NCBI GenBank assembly: GCA_034226945.1 | Contig: CP120464.1 | Coordinates: 62,001-126,000, forward strand | Length of the DNA stretch: 64,000 nucleotides | Origin: Picochlorum sp. SENEW3 | Taxonomy: Eukaryota | Reading direction: 5' to 3' | Notes under the pieces: generated by a model | Told to the model about the DNA's origin: nothing | The model's input: the letters and a program-made list of their open reading frames with translations, nothing else | Databases searched by the model: none | Program-made: the position numbers and the translations under genes | Shown here: one piece after another, positions 61,401 to 64,000 of the stretch | Layout: every line of letters begins with the position of its first letter | How positions within the stretch are numbered: position 1 is the first letter of the stretch

Positions 61401-62792
61401 AAGCCAGAAGGGAAAAAGGAACCATTTATTGTCGACTACAAGGAACATCATACAGACACAAGCGTTCATTTCGTCATCACAATGACGCCAGAAAAGATGA
61501 AGGAGGCCCTTGATGTTGGTTTGTACTCCAAGTTCAAGTTAACATCCAAAATCTCCATCACGAACATGATGCTCTTTGATCATTCGGGGGTGATTAAAAA
61601 GTATGATGGACCAGAAGATATCATGAAAGAGTTCTTCGATGAAAGATTGGAATTATATAAAAAGAGACGGGCTCATTTGCTGAAAGTTGCTGGGGCAGAG
61701 CTGTTGAGAATCTCAAACAAGACAAGATTCATTCTGGCAGTTGTGAATGATGAACTTGTCCTAAACAAGCGCAGAAAAGCAGACATCGAAGAAGAGCTTG
61801 AAAGACAGGGCTATGATAGGCTCGCACCTCAGAAAAAGGCTGTAGTTGTGTCTGAAGAGGGTGAGGAAGAGGATACAGCAGCATTGAGTTATGATTACCT
61901 GCTCAACATGAGCCTGAGCTCTCTTACTCTTGAGAAAGTGGAAGCCCTCAAAAAGCAAGAAGAAGACTGTCGCACACAAGTCGAAGAACTTGAGAAGACG
62001 ACGGAGGCCCAGATGTGGAAGGACGACCTTGATGATTTCTTGACAGCCTACAGTGCCTATGAGGAAGAAGAATACAGAAAGGTTCTCCTCCTCGAGCGAC
62101 AGCAGGCGCAAGCTAGGAAAAAGGAGACCAAGAAGGCCAAGAATAGTAAAAAGAAAGGAAAGGGAAGGAAGAAAGCCAATGAGTGGTCTGATGATGAGAG
62201 CGACCTCTCAGATGGAGAGTTTGATGATGAATTTGAGATTGTTGTTCCAAAGAGACCACCTCCTCCTAGGGGGGCAGTGCCAAAAATAATTGCAACAGAA
62301 AAGGAGACGAGAAAACCAGCCACTAAGGCCTCTTCTTCAGCAAATTCCGCGTCTACTGTTGCTCCATCCGCACCGCCACCACCACCAGAGGAAGAAATGT
62401 CATTGATGCAGCGAATGGCAATGAGAATGAATGGCTTGGATATCAACACCTCAGCCTCCACTGATACAACATCTGTATCCAATAAAAAGGTTACAAAGAG
62501 AGCTCCACGTATCAAAAAAGCGAATAAAATAAATACAGTATCATTGGATGATGACAGTGATGATGAGGCAATGTCGTCTGCTCCAAGAAAGTCACGGGAA
62601 GCATCATCAGATGAGGCCGTGCAAGAGGCTCCTGTCGTTCAGAGACAGCCGAGAAGACGTGCTGCCGCGGCCAAGGCTGTCTACGTTGACAGCGAGCCAG
62701 AAGAAGAAGAAGACGAGCAAGGCGAAGTCTCCAGTGTCACATTTTCAAGCTCTGAGGAGGAGGAGGAGGAGGATTACTGCCCATCAGACTGA
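58417..62792 (+). CDS. TOP2: DNA topoisomerase II
   Basis: HVLLRPDTYIGS, GLYKIFDEILVNAADN, TGGRNGYGAKL, LTEGDSA, PLRGK, MTDQDHDGSH, SPRYIFT. Introns 58456-58528 and 58859-58943. Confidence 0.98.
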
Positions 62793-63890
62793 AGGAACCC
62801 AAGCAAATCTCCTGCTTTTCTAGGCACAGACTCCAAGAGTCGCTGCAATGCTTGTTTCCGAACACCTCCAAGCTTTTCTGCATACAAGCCCTTTGCATCT
62901 GTTCTTTCAGCATATGAATATCCACTCTTCACCAAATCCAACACGGTATCAAATGTTAGGATCTTGATGAAATCCAATCTATTAAATTCCAGCTGATCGT
63001 CTAAAAAGTAATCAATAATACACGACTGGCCGTCCAATGTCAGGAGACCAGAATTGGACCCCGAAAAGAAATCCCATACACTGCCATCAATATACTGCTC
63101 ATCCCTATACTTGTACGTCCCATTCCCATCCAAAAAGAATGGAATATGAACAGAAGCCATGCACGCATCTATCAAATCCTCCCTCGACTCAAAGTCGCTC
63201 AAATACCTGAGCTGCATCCGAGGCATCCTTGTCGCAATAATCTTGACCCTATTCTGACAACATTCATGCGCATCCTCTGGAAGCAATTCCTCCAACCATC
63301 GCCTTACCAAGTCACCCCATATCCCAGCCAAACCCCCAGATCGATTCCAGATATCCGCCTCCACGCTAATATCGTACGCTTTTCGAACCGCCCTGTCCAG
63401 ACTCACCCCACTTGCTACCAGCACAGCACACAATGCTCCCGCACTCACACCGATCAAATCCACATCCCTGAGCCTATAATTCTCATTCAAATACTTCAAA
63501 ACGCCCTGAACACAACCAGAATGAAATGAAAACCAGGCACACATTCCTTGATCCATGCACAATCCGTCCACAACGTACAATTTCCCAGAAAAAGAAGACT
63601 CCGCCTCCTGCTATACCTAGGATTGGCTTGTTTTGAACTTGGGTGTATATCTGAGTGCGTTCAATGCCATCTTTGTCAGTATCCTCGGATGCTGTCCTTT
63701 CACCTCGTTTGAACGGAATGCTCAATGTTTTGCTAGTTGTCGCATACGAGGGCCTTAATCTATCTCTAATGAGTCTTTCATTCACATCAGAATGCGTATT
63801 ACCGCCAATGCCTCGCAATGGAGACGTGCGACGTTGACTCACCAGCTGTTGGGTACCACCCAAACTGCAGCCTGTGTGACTCAATTTCAT
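62774..63890 (-). CDS. Patatin-like phospholipase
   Basis: AGGGVFFFWEI|GVLKYL (intron 63506-63578), GVSAG nucleophile motif, ASVHIPFF, YIDG. Confidence 0.88.
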
Positions 63891-64000
63891 CCTAGTTACT
63901 CATATACTAATTATTCATGCATATCTAATTCGTCGTGCTCTACATAATGCTCGAGATCCAAGTCTGCAAATGATTCGTCTCGTCGCATCTGACTTGTTGA

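Overview
Very gene-dense eukaryotic nuclear DNA from a chlorophyte green alga. The 18S signatures, short GT-AG introns (mostly 57-125 nt), TGTAA poly(A) signals and tiny intergenic gaps point to Trebouxiophyceae/Chlorellales, most likely a Picochlorum-like compact genome (inference). I can support 31 protein-coding genes, many needing manual splicing of the ORF track: a RhoGAP-like-FH1-FH2 (class III-type) formin, site-1 protease, two proline-rich PAN/Apple proteins, SmD1, RMD1/DUF155, a Reb1/TTF1-like Myb, STI1/HOP, RETICULATA-like, BZW/5MP, GT90, MRD1, FCF1, RNASEK-like, PurF, SAYSD1, a double-AP2 factor, Gemin5, CIA5/CCM1, PHYLLO, TOP2, patatin and others. A single interstitial 18S-5.8S-28S unit lies on the minus strand, with a 5S gene linked convergently about 600 bp past the 28S end. 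The most notable points are a DRM1/auxin-repressed-protein motif fused to an EF-hand, a ~74-unit heptad (PEGSxxV) array inside the formin, a lone rDNA unit with linked 5S flanked by Pol I/18S-maturation genes, two same-strand gene pairs with 2-3 bp gaps (candidate bicistrons), and S1P next to two secreted proteins carrying S1P-type motifs. All identifications are by eye and from recalled motifs; no database searches were run.
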